62,303 nt of DNA, filler included, from 5 parts of 5 records of this genome joined end to end with filler, not necessarily neighbours in it; one strand, 5' to 3'. Shown: positions 11,348-21,462, numbered from the whole stretch's first letter. Made by a program: numbers and translations. Notes: generated by a model not told the origin, from the letters alone.

Positions 11348-11390
11348 AAAAAGACTCTCGGATTATTAATATTAATCCGAGAGTCTTTTT
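11348..11390 (+). terminator. Intrinsic terminator
   Basis: AAAAAGACTCTCGGATTA...TAATCCGAGAGTCTTTTT inverted repeat. Confidence 0.85.
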
Positions 11391-11472
11391 AGTTGAAGAT
11401 AATTAATATAAAATTTAAAAAATAAAAAGCCCTTTTCAAATAGAAAAGGACCAAATAAACTTAAATTAGTAT

Positions 11473-11910
11473 TTACAGATCAATTTTATACAGCATTTCA
11501 TTATCGAATAGCTCACCTGTGTCTTTGAAACCACAGCTCTCATAGAGTTTTTTAGCAACGGAATTTGTGGGTTCAAAACTAGTTAAAAAAGGAGTTGGAC
11601 TATAATTTTCTTTTACAAATTCGATTAATTTAAGTACAGCTGATTTTCCATAACCTTTACCTTGATATTTCTCATCTATCATAAGCCTACACATACCTAC
11701 ATCTTTTGCAATATCATCTATCTCATACATTAGGAACCCAACCATAGTTTCATCATCATATATTGCCAATGGATATAATCCCTTGGTGAATTTTGATTCA
11801 AGTATAGAGTATGAATTTGATGCAACAAAATTTTCCTGTTCTTTGTTTACTTTTAGTTTGATACACTGTTCCCAATTATCCTTTGTAATATCCTTAAATA
11901 TTAGGTTCAT
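11473..11910 (-). CDS. GNAT acetyltransferase (spermine/spermidine acetyltransferase-like)
   Basis: 'RLMIDEKYQGKGYG', 'NSVAKKLYESCGF', N-terminal 'QENFVASN'. Confidence 0.8.
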   Translation of the reverse strand: MNLIFKDITKDNWEQCIKLKVNKEQENFVASNSYSILESKFTKGLYPLAIYDDETMVGFLMYEIDDIAKDVGMCRLMIDEKYQGKGYGKSAVLKLIEFVKENYSPTPFLTSFEPTNSVAKKLYESCGFKDTGELFDNEMLYKIDL

Positions 11911-11988
11911 TTTTCAGCTCCCTTTTCTAGTTAATATTGTTGTAACAAAAAAATCCAAGAAATCAACTTAATTTCTCGGATTATGTTT

Positions 11989-12288
11989 TTATAGGTCATC
12001 ACTCACATGAAGTGAGACATGTTCGCCCTCAGCATGATGAGGTTTCTCAAGTGTAATGAAATGATTAATTTTATCGTGATATAAGACTTTCGAATCAAAG
12101 TGAAAAGAGTTGTTGTCATTTACAACTTCAATTCTGACAACATCATTTTCAAAGATGGTAAACTTAGGATTTACTTTACTGTTTAGAAGTTTTAATTTGA
12201 ATTTTGATTTTTGTGGATGAAATTCAACCATTTGGCAAAAATAAGTTTTATCATCCTTGCTAAGTGTTAATAAATTTTGAAATTCCAT
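11989..12288 (-). CDS. Small protein, YcgR N-terminal (flagellar brake)-like domain, paralog 1
   Basis: Beta-rich, 'FHFDSKVL...ITLEKP' pattern; clear paralog of 12495..12803. Confidence 0.5.
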   Translation of the reverse strand: MEFQNLLTLSKDDKTYFCQMVEFHPQKSKFKLKLLNSKVNPKFTIFENDVVRIEVVNDNNSFHFDSKVLYHDKINHFITLEKPHHAEGEHVSLHVSDDL

Positions 12289-12494
12289 ACTGACCCCTTT
12301 TACATAAATATTGATATTAAAAATATTATCCCTAATCCCAAAACATATTTACATATACTAATGTTATTCTGAAACTTTGAAAAAATTCCTGCAAACATTT
12401 TAGAAAAAAACAGGATATTTAGAATAAAATACTTAAATTATAAGAGAGATTGATCACAAAATATTAATTATTTAATTGAAACTATATTTTACAC

Positions 12495-12803
12495 TTAAAC
12501 AGATGCGAATTCCAAATTTATAACAGAATTTAATAGATCACAGACAGCTTCTGTTGGTTTTTCAATAGTAAGAAAATGGTTAATTTTATCATGATATAAA
12601 ACTTTTGAAGTAAAGTGACATACTCTTTCTTTATGCTTTAACTCTAAATCGATAATATCATTTTCAAAAATACTAAAATTTCGTGATGTTCTTTTACTTA
12701 ATAATTGCAATTTCATCTTGTCACTATTCTCGGAAAAATCAATAATTCTACAATAATATGATTTATTATCCTTGTTTAGTGTGAGCAAATTACCTATATC
12801 CAT
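12495..12803 (-). CDS. Small protein, YcgR N-terminal-like domain, paralog 2
   Basis: Shares NLLTL.KD.K.Y.C, IFEND, SKVLYHDKINHF.T.EKP with paralog 1; GGAGG RBS. Confidence 0.5.
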   Translation of the reverse strand: MDIGNLLTLNKDNKSYYCRIIDFSENSDKMKLQLLSKRTSRNFSIFENDIIDLELKHKERVCHFTSKVLYHDKINHFLTIEKPTEAVCDLLNSVINLEFASV

Positions 12804-12969
12804 ACAAATACATCCTCCCGCCCAATAATTAATTAAAGTTCGCTATAAATTATGTGTAACATTTAAATAATACGATAATTTACTTAAAAAGTAAATAATT
12901 CTTTTATTTCACATATTATACTGAGTAATAGTGAATAATCCTTCTATATAAATTTTAATTAGTTTCTTA

Positions 12970-13069
12970 NNNNNNNNNNNNNNNNNNNNNNNNNNNNNNN
13001 NNNNNNNNNNNNNTTAATTAATTAANNNNNNNNNNNNNNNNNNNNNNNNNNNNNNNNNNNNNNNNNNNN
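12970..13069. other. Artificial contig linker
   Basis: N-run + TTAATTAATTAA + N-run; base composition changes across it. Confidence 0.98.
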
Positions 13070-13574
13070 CAAATTCGTCAATTACCTTTATCACATCTTC
13101 ATAGGGGATAATGGCGCGCTCGTCACTGATGGTCCGGGCAATGGGCAAGGCTCGCAATCCACGGTGATGCACCTGGTTATACTGTTCGATCCAATTGTCC
13201 ATTAACTTGTTTATCTCTATGGCCGTATTTACCGTTCGCGCGTCGGTCTCGCCCGGCCACAGGTTGGAACGCAACATGGCAAAGAATGTGTCGTTTAAGC
13301 GGTAACGGACAGAATCGCCGCGTGTTGATTTATAGATCATGCCTTTCCGGCCAAGATTCTCCAAAAGCGGCTCGAGTTTTTCAACCGGCATGCCTTTAAG
13401 TTCGACCAACTGCTCAATGCTGGTGCTGCCATGAGGAAATTCTGTTAAGAACTCCGCTTCCTCCTGTGTATAATTGGCTTCGATCATTGGCAATGCGCTT
13501 TCAAAGTCCGGCAGTTCCCACCAGGTTTTGCCCAGCCATTCAATAAAATCCCTATAAATATTATTCTCCGCCAT
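13070..13574 (-). CDS. Probable 4Fe-4S binding protein, N-terminal part (truncated by contig end)
   Basis: Winged-helix-like N-terminus ('YTQEEAEFL...LENLGRKGMI') and 'RALPI...IIPYEDV' as seen in Desulfobacterota Fe-S proteins; Cys motifs lie beyond the gap. Confidence 0.55.
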
Positions 13575-13719
13575 ACCCTTAAAACTCCTTTCATAGCGCT
13601 GGGCGCCTTGATTAGAATAAAAAATCTGCTTTTAAGGCCTTTCCTGCCCTGTCAGCGTCGAATCGTTATATCGGTTATTTGCATTTAAAACTTGCATTCC
13701 GATTCCATGCCTTCTCTTT

Positions 13720-14139
13720 CTATAGCCCTTCCATTCTGATTTCCTTAAGCATTTCCCGGAAAAGCTCCGCTTTTTCAGGATTCCATCGTTTCAAGAACTC
13801 TTTGTTGGCTTCAATCATAATTGAATGGATTTCCCCGGCATGTCCGGCGCCTTTTTCGGTCAGGCAGATCAATATGGCCCGGCGATCTTCCGGGTGAGGC
13901 CGGCGTTCAATCAAGTTCATTTTTTCGAGCCGGTCCAGGATGCCGGTCATGGTAGCGCTGGTTATCTGCAGTTTTTGTCCGAGAGAATGTGCGGAAATCC
14001 GGTCTTCCTCACTAAGAAAATTTAAAACCATTCCCTGAGAGGCGGTCACCCCCAAGTGTTCGAATTTTCGAGTGCAGAAGGCGACGCCGATCTGACTGGC
14101 CTTGGTCATCTGAAAAAAAATGCAGTCTTGAACTTTCAT
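13720..14139 (-). CDS. MarR family transcriptional regulator
   Basis: 'ATMTGILDRLEKMNLIER.P.PEDRR...I.LT..G'. Confidence 0.92.
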   Translation of the reverse strand: MKVQDCIFFQMTKASQIGVAFCTRKFEHLGVTASQGMVLNFLSEEDRISAHSLGQKLQITSATMTGILDRLEKMNLIERRPHPEDRRAILICLTEKGAGHAGEIHSIMIEANKEFLKRWNPEKAELFREMLKEIRMEGL

Positions 14140-14155
14140 CTCGCCTCCTTATTTC

Positions 14156-14195
14156 AAGCATACAAGTTTATAGCATGCCATTTAGTAGCATGCAA
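14156..14195. promoter_or_regulatory. Probable MarR operator array
   Basis: aAGCATaC / TAGCATGC / TAGCATGC at 14156, 14171, 14186 (15-bp period), just upstream of marR. Confidence 0.55.
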
Positions 14196-14321
14196 GCTAA
14201 CTTGTTGCTGAAAAAAACAGGCTGATCCGGTTTTAGATTCTTGTCAGGCAGCCGGCCTGATAATAGCAGCTAAATCTCAGAGATGCATCTGGATCCAGTA
14301 ACCGGTGAACATAACAAAAAA

Positions 14322-14855
14322 TCAAAAAGAGGATTGATTCTTATAAACAAGTTCCTTTTCTTTATCTGAAATGATTATTTCCATTATATAAGCCATCAAG
14401 ATTATTCCGGGCAGGTTGATTAATAATCTAGTCAACATGAATTCCCACCCCATCGATCCTGCTTCAAATAGTAACATCGGTATTTTGATAGTGGCCCAGG
14501 CGCTGATGAAAATCAATATGTTTGAAAATCTGCTTCCTTTATTGATTAATGCGGCGGCAACAGGGAAGGCGGCATATAGGGGACCGGCCGCAAAAGAGCC
14601 CAGGGCCAGAGCCAGGGAGACGCCGAGCAGTCCTGATTTTTCCCCCATCAACTTTATTATGGTTTCTTTAGGGACCCAGACATCGAAAAGGCCGAGCAAT
14701 AAAAAAATGGGAGGGATGATTATAAACATTTCAACCAGGCTATTAACCGATATTTCAACCGATTTCGTTCCTAATTCCGGTTTGAGGAAAACCAAGGCCA
14801 TATTTATTGCTGCCAGGAACAAGAAAAACCGGTATCTTTTCAAGATTGATTTCAC
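14322..14855 (-). CDS. Permease (DUF318/ArsP-like), subunit 2
   Basis: Hydrophobic; 'GLFDVWVP', 'AAGPLYAAFP', 'KIPMLLFE'; GTG start overlaps upstream TGA. Confidence 0.75.
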   Translation of the reverse strand: MKSILKRYRFFLFLAAINMALVFLKPELGTKSVEISVNSLVEMFIIIPPIFLLLGLFDVWVPKETIIKLMGEKSGLLGVSLALALGSFAAGPLYAAFPVAAALINKGSRFSNILIFISAWATIKIPMLLFEAGSMGWEFMLTRLLINLPGIILMAYIMEIIISDKEKELVYKNQSSF

Positions 14856-15331
14856 TTCAGCAGCCCTCCCATAACAATAGCCACAATAAAACAATAAATA
14901 AAGGCCATAAAATTTCTGACAATCGATATTTTCCGGCCGAAATACTTAATCTCAATCGGCAAAGTGACGACTCCGACAGCCATCAGGGCTGAAACGAATA
15001 CGGCAATCTGCATTAATCCGGCGCCATTTTCATATAGGGCCGCAGTTAATGGAAAGGCCACAAAACCCGGTATTAAAGTCGCCGATCCTATTAGCGCGGC
15101 CGCCAGCATTCCAAGCCACCCCGATTGGTTTCCTATGAAATTGCTAATGTCTTCCGGGCTTAATGCAGCCAGAGTGATTCCGATTATCAGGATGATGGAA
15201 AGAAATTGAGGCATTATGTTTTCCAGTGATTTGAATGATTTCTTCAATGCCATCCGTGTCTTTTGCTTATCCTTGACAAGGGAGACCGCCAATAATACGG
15301 CGGCCGAAATATATAATGCTTTTATAAACAT
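14852..15331 (-). CDS. Permease (DUF318/ArsP-like), subunit 1
   Basis: 'GSATLIPGFVAFPL', 'VGVVTLPIE..YFG...RN'. Confidence 0.75.
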   Translation of the reverse strand: MFIKALYISAAVLLAVSLVKDKQKTRMALKKSFKSLENIMPQFLSIILIIGITLAALSPEDISNFIGNQSGWLGMLAAALIGSATLIPGFVAFPLTAALYENGAGLMQIAVFVSALMAVGVVTLPIEIKYFGRKISIVRNFMAFIYCFIVAIVMGGLLK

Positions 15332-15488
15332 CAATGCGCCTTTCTCATGTATCGATTAAAAACAAAACCTGTTATACGCCGTAACCCAAGGAAAATAAAG
15401 GCGCCTTCAGTGAAAAAAAGAAAAAACGGACATCCAGATTAAAGGGTGATAAGGACGCCCATCCAAATATAATATTTTATGAATCATA

Positions 15489-15517
15489 TTGACACGTAGC
15501 CTGCATGCCGCTATTGT
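15489..15517 (+). promoter_or_regulatory. Sigma70-type promoter
   Basis: TTGACA-N17-TATTGT upstream of the mini-ORF at 15577. Confidence 0.6.
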
Positions 15518-15576
15518 TCGCCCAGTTTAAAAAGCTAAATCAGGCAAGATTAGCTTTTCCAAAAGGAGGTGAGTTT

Positions 15577-15720
15577 TTGAGTGTAAGAAACTTATGCGAT
15601 CCCGTGAAAGGATGAAGCCTGGCAGGCGCTTCCAGGATAATATCGCATAGGGGCCTTAGTGCATATAATTTACGAAAGACTGTAATTGTAAATTATTTTT
15701 ACGGCTGCCTCGTAGAATAG
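15577..15720 (+). CDS. Mini-ORF with in-frame UGA (candidate selenocysteine peptide; 12 aa if UGA is a stop, 47 aa if recoded)
   Basis: AGGAGGTGA RBS, TTG start, MSVRNLCDPVKG-UGA-SLAG...; CCTGG/CCAGG hairpin immediately after UGA. Confidence 0.45.
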
Positions 15721-16121
15721 ACAATACGCGTACGGAACGCATTTTTATCCTCACCGGAAGAAGTGCGTCTATTCTCCGTTTTTCCATTGGTGGATGCCAT
15801 ATCTTCTGTTTGGAAACGGATTGCCAGGTCTTCATACCTTTTGCCCGACACGGGCGCTCAATTTATACAATTTAATATCGCACTTGGTTTGACCCGATAA
15901 ACGGAGGGTTTAGATGTTGCCGTGCATCAGGAATCACCGGCATCAGCCTCATTATTGAGTCGAAAAAGTACAGTTCAATCATTAGCAAAAACTAATCTGA
16001 TTGGCCGACAAAACCGGTGTCAAAAACCTTGGCTTCGGGGCGCCGCATTAAAGCCGCCTCCGTTTCACAGGTCAGTAACAGGTTTTTGGCGGAGTTAGCA
16101 GCAATAAGAAGGAGATATCAA

Positions 16122-16667
16122 TTGAAGATAAGAAAAACTGTATCAGTGGATCTAAACAATATATTACATATCCACAGGCAAGCCTTTGGAAGTGAAAAAG
16201 GGATGGAAATCGCCGACCTGGTTAATGACCTGATGATTGACCGGTCAGCAATGCCATTCCTATCGCTTATAGCTGAAAATAATGACAAGCCCATCGGCCA
16301 CGTTTTGTTTACAAAAGCAATACTTAACGGCGCTGATGAAAACACAATGGTTCAGATATTGGCGCCGTTGGCTGTTATTCCGGAAGAGCAGTCCAAAGGT
16401 GTTGGGGGCCTGCTCATTAAAGAAGGCCTTAAACAATTAAAATCATCGGGTGTGGAACTGGTTTTCGTTCTCGGGCATCCCACGTATTACCCACGGTATG
16501 GATTCCAGCCTGCCGGTAAACTCGGTTATAAAGCGCCATACCCAATTCCTGAAGAACATGCCGACGCATGGATGGTTCAGGAATTACGCTCCGGCGTCAT
16601 GGACCAGGCAAGCGGCGCGGTTCAGTGCTCCGATGTTCTAAATCAACCTCAACATTGGCGGGAATGA
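16122..16667 (+). CDS. GNAT acetyltransferase (YhbS-like)
   Basis: 'LAPLAV.PE.Q.KGVG', 'VLGHPTYYPRYGF'; AGGAG RBS before TTG at 16122. Confidence 0.85.
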   Translation: MKIRKTVSVDLNNILHIHRQAFGSEKGMEIADLVNDLMIDRSAMPFLSLIAENNDKPIGHVLFTKAILNGADENTMVQILAPLAVIPEEQSKGVGGLLIKEGLKQLKSSGVELVFVLGHPTYYPRYGFQPAGKLGYKAPYPIPEEHADAWMVQELRSGVMDQASGAVQCSDVLNQPQHWRE

Positions 16668-16697
16668 TCTCGGCCAAAGAGCTGACTAATTAGCTCG

Positions 16698-16730
16698 GGC
16701 AGGCAAAAGCGACGCTTTTGCCTGCCTTTT
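16698..16730 (+). terminator. Intrinsic terminator
   Basis: GGCAGGCAAAAGC-gac-GCTTTTGCCTGCC-TTTT. Confidence 0.85.
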
Positions 16731-16821
16731 ATTTGTGGAAATTATTTATCAATTATTGAGAGGCATTATTCAAATTTACATTTATACGTCCAAGCTTAGT
16801 AAAAATGATAGTGTTCAGGTT

Positions 16822-18195
16822 TCAGATGGATGCCGGTTGAAAGCCCCCCAGCGCCTTCTCAAAGTATCCGGCCACTGCCAACGATATATCTTCTCGCCAA
16901 GGCTGAGCGATAATTTGCAAACCAATGGGAAGCCCATTCTGAGAGACGCCGCCCCTGACAACAGATGACGGCCAACCTGTAAGGTTGTAAGTCATGGTGT
17001 AGCTGAATGCCTTCAAGTCATCGTTTATCGATCCATGCGGTAAAGCAGGAAATGCATTTACCGGGCACAGAATAACATCATAATCTTTTATAAAAGAAAG
17101 CATGGTGCGACGAAAATTGTACCATTTTACAATCAAAGCATCAAACTGATTTGTGTCAATCGGCTTTGCATACTCTAACCACGGCAGTGTATTTTCTTGT
17201 GTGCCTGCGTCCCGCAATAATCGCCTTACAGACTCTCCACCGTCCGCGGATAATAGTCCCATCATAATATCGTAGGACTGTTCGATCCCATCGGGCCGTA
17301 TCTCTTCAAGGACAGCTACTTCACTTTCGAGCAGCTTTGCCGCTTCCATCACTGTTTTTTCGGTTTCACCGGAGGGGGAAACAATTCCATTATCAATATG
17401 GAAGGCAATGCGTAGCTTCTTAAGGTCCACTTTATCAGGGTCGCCAAATGGCATCGGAACAATGGAGGGATCAATCCAGTCCGAGCCGGAAATAAGCGGA
17501 AGCACCAGTTTTAAATCTTCCACATATCGAGCGATAGGGCCCGCCTGCTGAAAAGAATCCAATACCCCGCCAAATGGTAAGATATGTCCAGTCCTTGGAA
17601 CGCGCCCGGAAGTCGGTTTGATAGTAGTGACGCCGCAGCAGTGTGATGGGTAACGGAGGCTCCCGCCATAATCGCTGCCAATATCAAAAGCTGAGCCGCA
17701 GGCGGCCACAATAGCTGCTGCGCCGCCGCTGCTGCCTCCCGGTGAATAATCGATATCATATGGATTATTTGTCTGCCCATAGATTAAATTATTGGTATCA
17801 TATGACAATGTGAGTTCCGGCGTGTTGGTTTTTCCAAGAAGAACAGCCCCGGCGTCGCGCAAGCGAGCCATGACCGTCGCATCCCGGGATGGGACAAAAG
17901 CTTTCCGGCCCATTGTACCGCCAGTAGAAATAATACCTGCTGAGTCAAAAGAATCTTTCAAGGTTATCGGTACGCCATGCAGCGGACCAAGAATATTACC
18001 GCAAGCTGACGCTTCGTCCGCTTTAAATGCCTGTTTATAAGCCGTTTCCGCCGCAAGTTGTATAACAGCGTTCAATTTTGGATTTGCTTCATCAATGCGC
18101 TTCAGATAAGCATCGACTACTTCTCTTGATGACACTTTTTTAGTACGAATAGCTTCGGCAAGTCCAGTCGCAGACCCGCAAATCAATTGATTCAT
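16822..18195 (-). CDS. Amidase signature family protein
   Basis: 'GPLHGVP.TLKD', 'PGGSSGG', 'GSDYGGSLRYP' Ser-cisSer-Lys triad. Confidence 0.92.
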   Translation of the reverse strand: MNQLICGSATGLAEAIRTKKVSSREVVDAYLKRIDEANPKLNAVIQLAAETAYKQAFKADEASACGNILGPLHGVPITLKDSFDSAGIISTGGTMGRKAFVPSRDATVMARLRDAGAVLLGKTNTPELTLSYDTNNLIYGQTNNPYDIDYSPGGSSGGAAAIVAACGSAFDIGSDYGGSLRYPSHCCGVTTIKPTSGRVPRTGHILPFGGVLDSFQQAGPIARYVEDLKLVLPLISGSDWIDPSIVPMPFGDPDKVDLKKLRIAFHIDNGIVSPSGETEKTVMEAAKLLESEVAVLEEIRPDGIEQSYDIMMGLLSADGGESVRRLLRDAGTQENTLPWLEYAKPIDTNQFDALIVKWYNFRRTMLSFIKDYDVILCPVNAFPALPHGSINDDLKAFSYTMTYNLTGWPSSVVRGGVSQNGLPIGLQIIAQPWREDISLAVAGYFEKALGGFQPASI

Positions 18196-18466
18196 ATCTT
18201 CCCTTTGCAGTCACTACTAAAGACCAAATTTTTTTACAATCTTAATCCAACCCTTATCAGCCCGCGCGGAATTCAGCAAACCGCGGGAACCGGATAATAA
18301 AATGAAAGGTAATAAATGTTAAATGATTTTTTAAAAAGGCGCCTCTTCCTCGTCGACATAATCCTGCCCTTTTCTTAGTTTTTCAACATCATCCGGCTTT
18401 ACCTTTTTTACCGTCTCATTTTCCATCACCTCATATTCTTCCCTTCTTATCATGGACACCCATATT

Positions 18467-18614
18467 TTATGGGTTTTCTGTATCTATTTTTATTCAAATG
18501 GCCATTTGATTTTGGAACAAAATCTGGGTGTCTTCATAAACTATCCTTATGGATGTTCTATGTCTATTTTGATTCTAATGGCCATCTAATTTTAGAATAA
18601 AATTTGGGTGTCTT
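18467..18614. repeat. Imperfect tandem duplication (2 x 68 bp, 80-bp period)
   Basis: Copies at 18467-18534 and 18547-18614, each with a central ATGGCCAT palindrome and ending TGGGTGTCTT. Confidence 0.75.
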
Positions 18615-18792
18615 GATTAATTTTCTCGAAAAGATTGACAAGGTCCAATGCTTCTTATACATCAAACATGGGCAACTAAATAAAACGAATATAATTGTGA
18701 TTTCGATCATAACCGCGTCCTTTCAAGTCAATCAAAGATTGATAGTCTAAATTATTTTAACTTATTGAAAAGGAATGAATATCAGGTGTAAA

Positions 18793-19158
18793 ATGAATAA
18801 AATCAATTTAGAAGAAAAATTCCAAATAGTTGACGGCTATTGGTCCCCCAAAATAATAGGCGAGCTAAATGGACAATACGTTAAATTAGCCAAGTTGAAA
18901 GGTGAGTTCGTCTGGCATGCACACGATAAAGAAGATGAATATTTCCAAGTAATTAAGGGCCGGATTAGAATTCTTTTACGAAATGAAATTATTGAACTGG
19001 ATGAAGGCGAATGTTTTATTGTGCCTAAGGGCGTTGAACATAAACCGGAAGCTGATGAAGAAGCTCATGTATTATTATTTGAACCAAAAGCAACCGCGCA
19101 TACCGGTAATGTCGAAAGCGATATTACAGTGGATGTGGAAAAGCAAGAATGGATTTAG
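18793..19158 (+). CDS. Cupin domain protein
   Basis: 'WSPKIIGELNGQYVK', 'FVWHAH..EDE', 'VPKGVEHKP'. Confidence 0.85.
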   Translation: MNKINLEEKFQIVDGYWSPKIIGELNGQYVKLAKLKGEFVWHAHDKEDEYFQVIKGRIRILLRNEIIELDEGECFIVPKGVEHKPEADEEAHVLLFEPKATAHTGNVESDITVDVEKQEWI

Positions 19159-19196
19159 GGTAGAGGGCTTCGTTTAGATCGCCGGGTTAGCGGCTG

Positions 19197-19694
19197 TCAA
19201 AAAGGTATTTCATCCGGGCAGTCTTCATCATCAGCGGAATAGCCTTCAACTGGATGGTTGTCATTACCTTCCAACTCCTTTTGCTCTTGCTGTAACTTTT
19301 CATTATCAGCCCATTCTTCCCAAGTAATGCCGTATGGCGCTCCCCCTGAAGTAAAACCGGCAATAAAGGCATAATTATCGTCATGGCCGTATTCCATGCC
19401 CCATTCCGTATCATTCGATTCCTGTTCCTTGCGCCGCTTGGCCTTGCGTGTATTTGCCATCGAAATCCTGAGTTGCTTCTCATATTCCGTATCGATATGG
19501 AAGCCCAGCATCTTCAGTTCCTTTACGGCGCAAAGGAGATCCACCCCAAAGTGCTTTTTATAACCCCGCACAATATTTTTGCCTGAATAGTCGGCGATCC
19601 AGTGAGCGGCGGACTGAAGCCGAGCATTACGTTTCATTCGTTTGGCCCGAGGCGTCGAACTATGCTCCTCTTTTTTCTCGCCATGACGCCTCAA
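19197..19694 (-). CDS. Conserved hypothetical protein
   Basis: ORF coupled to comM (ATGA overlap); '[19 protein letters not shown]' block; acidic tail. Confidence 0.6.
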   Translation of the reverse strand: MRRHGEKKEEHSSTPRAKRMKRNARLQSAAHWIADYSGKNIVRGYKKHFGVDLLCAVKELKMLGFHIDTEYEKQLRISMANTRKAKRRKEQESNDTEWGMEYGHDDNYAFIAGFTSGGAPYGITWEEWADNEKLQQEQKELEGNDNHPVEGYSADDEDCPDEIPF

Positions 19695-21220
19695 TCTCCC
19701 GCCCGGTCCAGGCTGCGGTAGCCGATGGATTCGGCCAGGTGATGGGCCTGTATGTTTTCCTGTCCTTCCAGGTCGGCAATGGTCCGGGATAATTTGATAA
19801 TTCTGGTGTAGGCCCTGGCGGAAAGGCCCAGCTTGCGCATGGCCGTTTCCAGGAGATTTCGGCCTGCTTCGTCCAGCTTGCAGAATTCGCGGAGGCTGCG
19901 GCTGTCCATCTGGGCGTTGTTGAAAAGCCCGGCCGGGGCCAGCCTTTCGGCCTGTCTAAGGCGGGCGGCCGTGACCCGCTCCCGGATTGTCTTTGACGAT
20001 TCCCCGCTGGTTTCAGTACCCAGGTCCTTGTATTTTACGGCCGGGACTTCAACATGCAGGTCGATCCGGTCCAACAAGGGGCCTGACACCCGCGACCGGT
20101 ATCTCTGGACCTGGGCCGGCGTGCAGGTGCATTCCCTGTTTATGTCGCCATAATACCCGCAGGGGCAGGGATTCATGGCCGCGACCAGCATAAACGAGGC
20201 CGGGAAAGTCAGGGACATGGCGGCCCGGGACACGGTCACCCGGCCGTCTTCGAGGGGCTGGCGCATGACCTCAAGCACGTTTTTTTTGAATTCCGGAAGT
20301 TCATCAAGAAAAAGGACGCCAAAATGGGCCAGGGACACTTCGCCCGGCCGGGGCGTGGCGCCGCCGCCGATAAGGCCGGCATCGGAAATGGTGTGATGGG
20401 GCGACCGGAACGGCCTGGCCGTGACAAGGGCCTGTTCCGCTGGGACCAGGCCGATCGCGCTGTAAATCCTCGTTGTTTCAAGGGCTTCTTCAAACGTCAG
20501 AGGCGGCAGGATGGACGGCAGGCGCTGGGCCAGCATGGTTTTCCCCGAGCCCGGCGGGCCTAGCATGATCAGGTTATGAGCGCCGGCGGCCGCGACTTCC
20601 AGGGCGCGTTTAACTGTTTCCTGGCCGCGCACATCGTTAAGATCAGCCCCCTTGACGTTTCCGTTAGCGAAGATGGAAGCCAAATCGATTTCCATCCGGT
20701 CCAACATACCAGACCCATTGAGAAATTCAATTACAGACGGAAGATCCCGGGCGGGCATGACATCTATTTCCCGGACAACCGCCGCTTCCGGAGCATTTTC
20801 TTCGGGCAGAACCAGGCCTCTCAAACCGGCGTCGCGGGCGGCCATGGCCAGGGACAATGCCCCCTTGACCGCCCGGAGGCGCCCGTCCAGGGAAAGCTCG
20901 CCTACAAGCATATATTCATTCAACCTTTCCGAGTTGAGAACGCCCTGGGCAGCCAAAAGCCCCACCGCCATGGGCAAGTCAAAACCGGCCCCTGTTTTCT
21001 TTACGTCAGCAGGAGCCAGATTGACGGTGACCCTTTCCCTGGGGAAGGAATAACCGCAATTTTTTAGAGCCGATTTAACTCGGTCCTTACTTTCCCGGAC
21101 TGCTCCTTCGGGCAGCCCGACCGTGGCAAAGGAAGGAAGTCCGCGGGCCAGATCAACCTGAACATCAACCGAGTATCCATCAATACCAAGCAGCGATCCG
21201 CTAATAACCTGAGATAGCAC
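19691..21220 (-). CDS. comM: YifB/ComM Mg-chelatase-like AAA+ ATPase
   Basis: 'VGLP...ES..RV', 'NLAPAD', 'GPPGSGKT', 'PFRSPHH', 'LFLDELPEF', 'NPCPCG', 'SGPLLDRID'. Confidence 0.93.
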   Translation of the reverse strand: MLSQVISGSLLGIDGYSVDVQVDLARGLPSFATVGLPEGAVRESKDRVKSALKNCGYSFPRERVTVNLAPADVKKTGAGFDLPMAVGLLAAQGVLNSERLNEYMLVGELSLDGRLRAVKGALSLAMAARDAGLRGLVLPEENAPEAAVVREIDVMPARDLPSVIEFLNGSGMLDRMEIDLASIFANGNVKGADLNDVRGQETVKRALEVAAAGAHNLIMLGPPGSGKTMLAQRLPSILPPLTFEEALETTRIYSAIGLVPAEQALVTARPFRSPHHTISDAGLIGGGATPRPGEVSLAHFGVLFLDELPEFKKNVLEVMRQPLEDGRVTVSRAAMSLTFPASFMLVAAMNPCPCGYYGDINRECTCTPAQVQRYRSRVSGPLLDRIDLHVEVPAVKYKDLGTETSGESSKTIRERVTAARLRQAERLAPAGLFNNAQMDSRSLREFCKLDEAGRNLLETAMRKLGLSARAYTRIIKLSRTIADLEGQENIQAHHLAESIGYRSLDRAGD

Positions 21221-21462
21221 TTTTATTCCCTTGGATAATTTTTTTGCCCCCAGCCCTTGAATTGGGCTGAATAGTGATTATAGCATATTACAAAGGTTTT
21301 AAAGGATTGGCAAGCGGTTGATCCTTTTTTTATTGAAGATGTCAATCAGTTACACAAATCCGGCCGTGATCCGATTTTACTTTACAGATGCAAAATAAAG
21401 TGCTATTTATGGCGATTTGCTAAGATTGGCAAGAAGACTGAACGGGATTTGAACTTACCGGG

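Noticed and set aside
15591-15651. Three-way junction as hammerhead ribozyme or known riboswitch
   Set aside because: Lacks the CUGAUGA/GAAA core and matches no aptamer consensus I recognise; kept as the UGA mini-ORF candidate instead
18467-18614. Possible CRISPR array
   Set aside because: Only two 68-bp diverged units with a 12-bp gap and no cas genes
19691-21220. comM as an island integration site
   Set aside because: Gene is intact and no integrase or att duplication is visible
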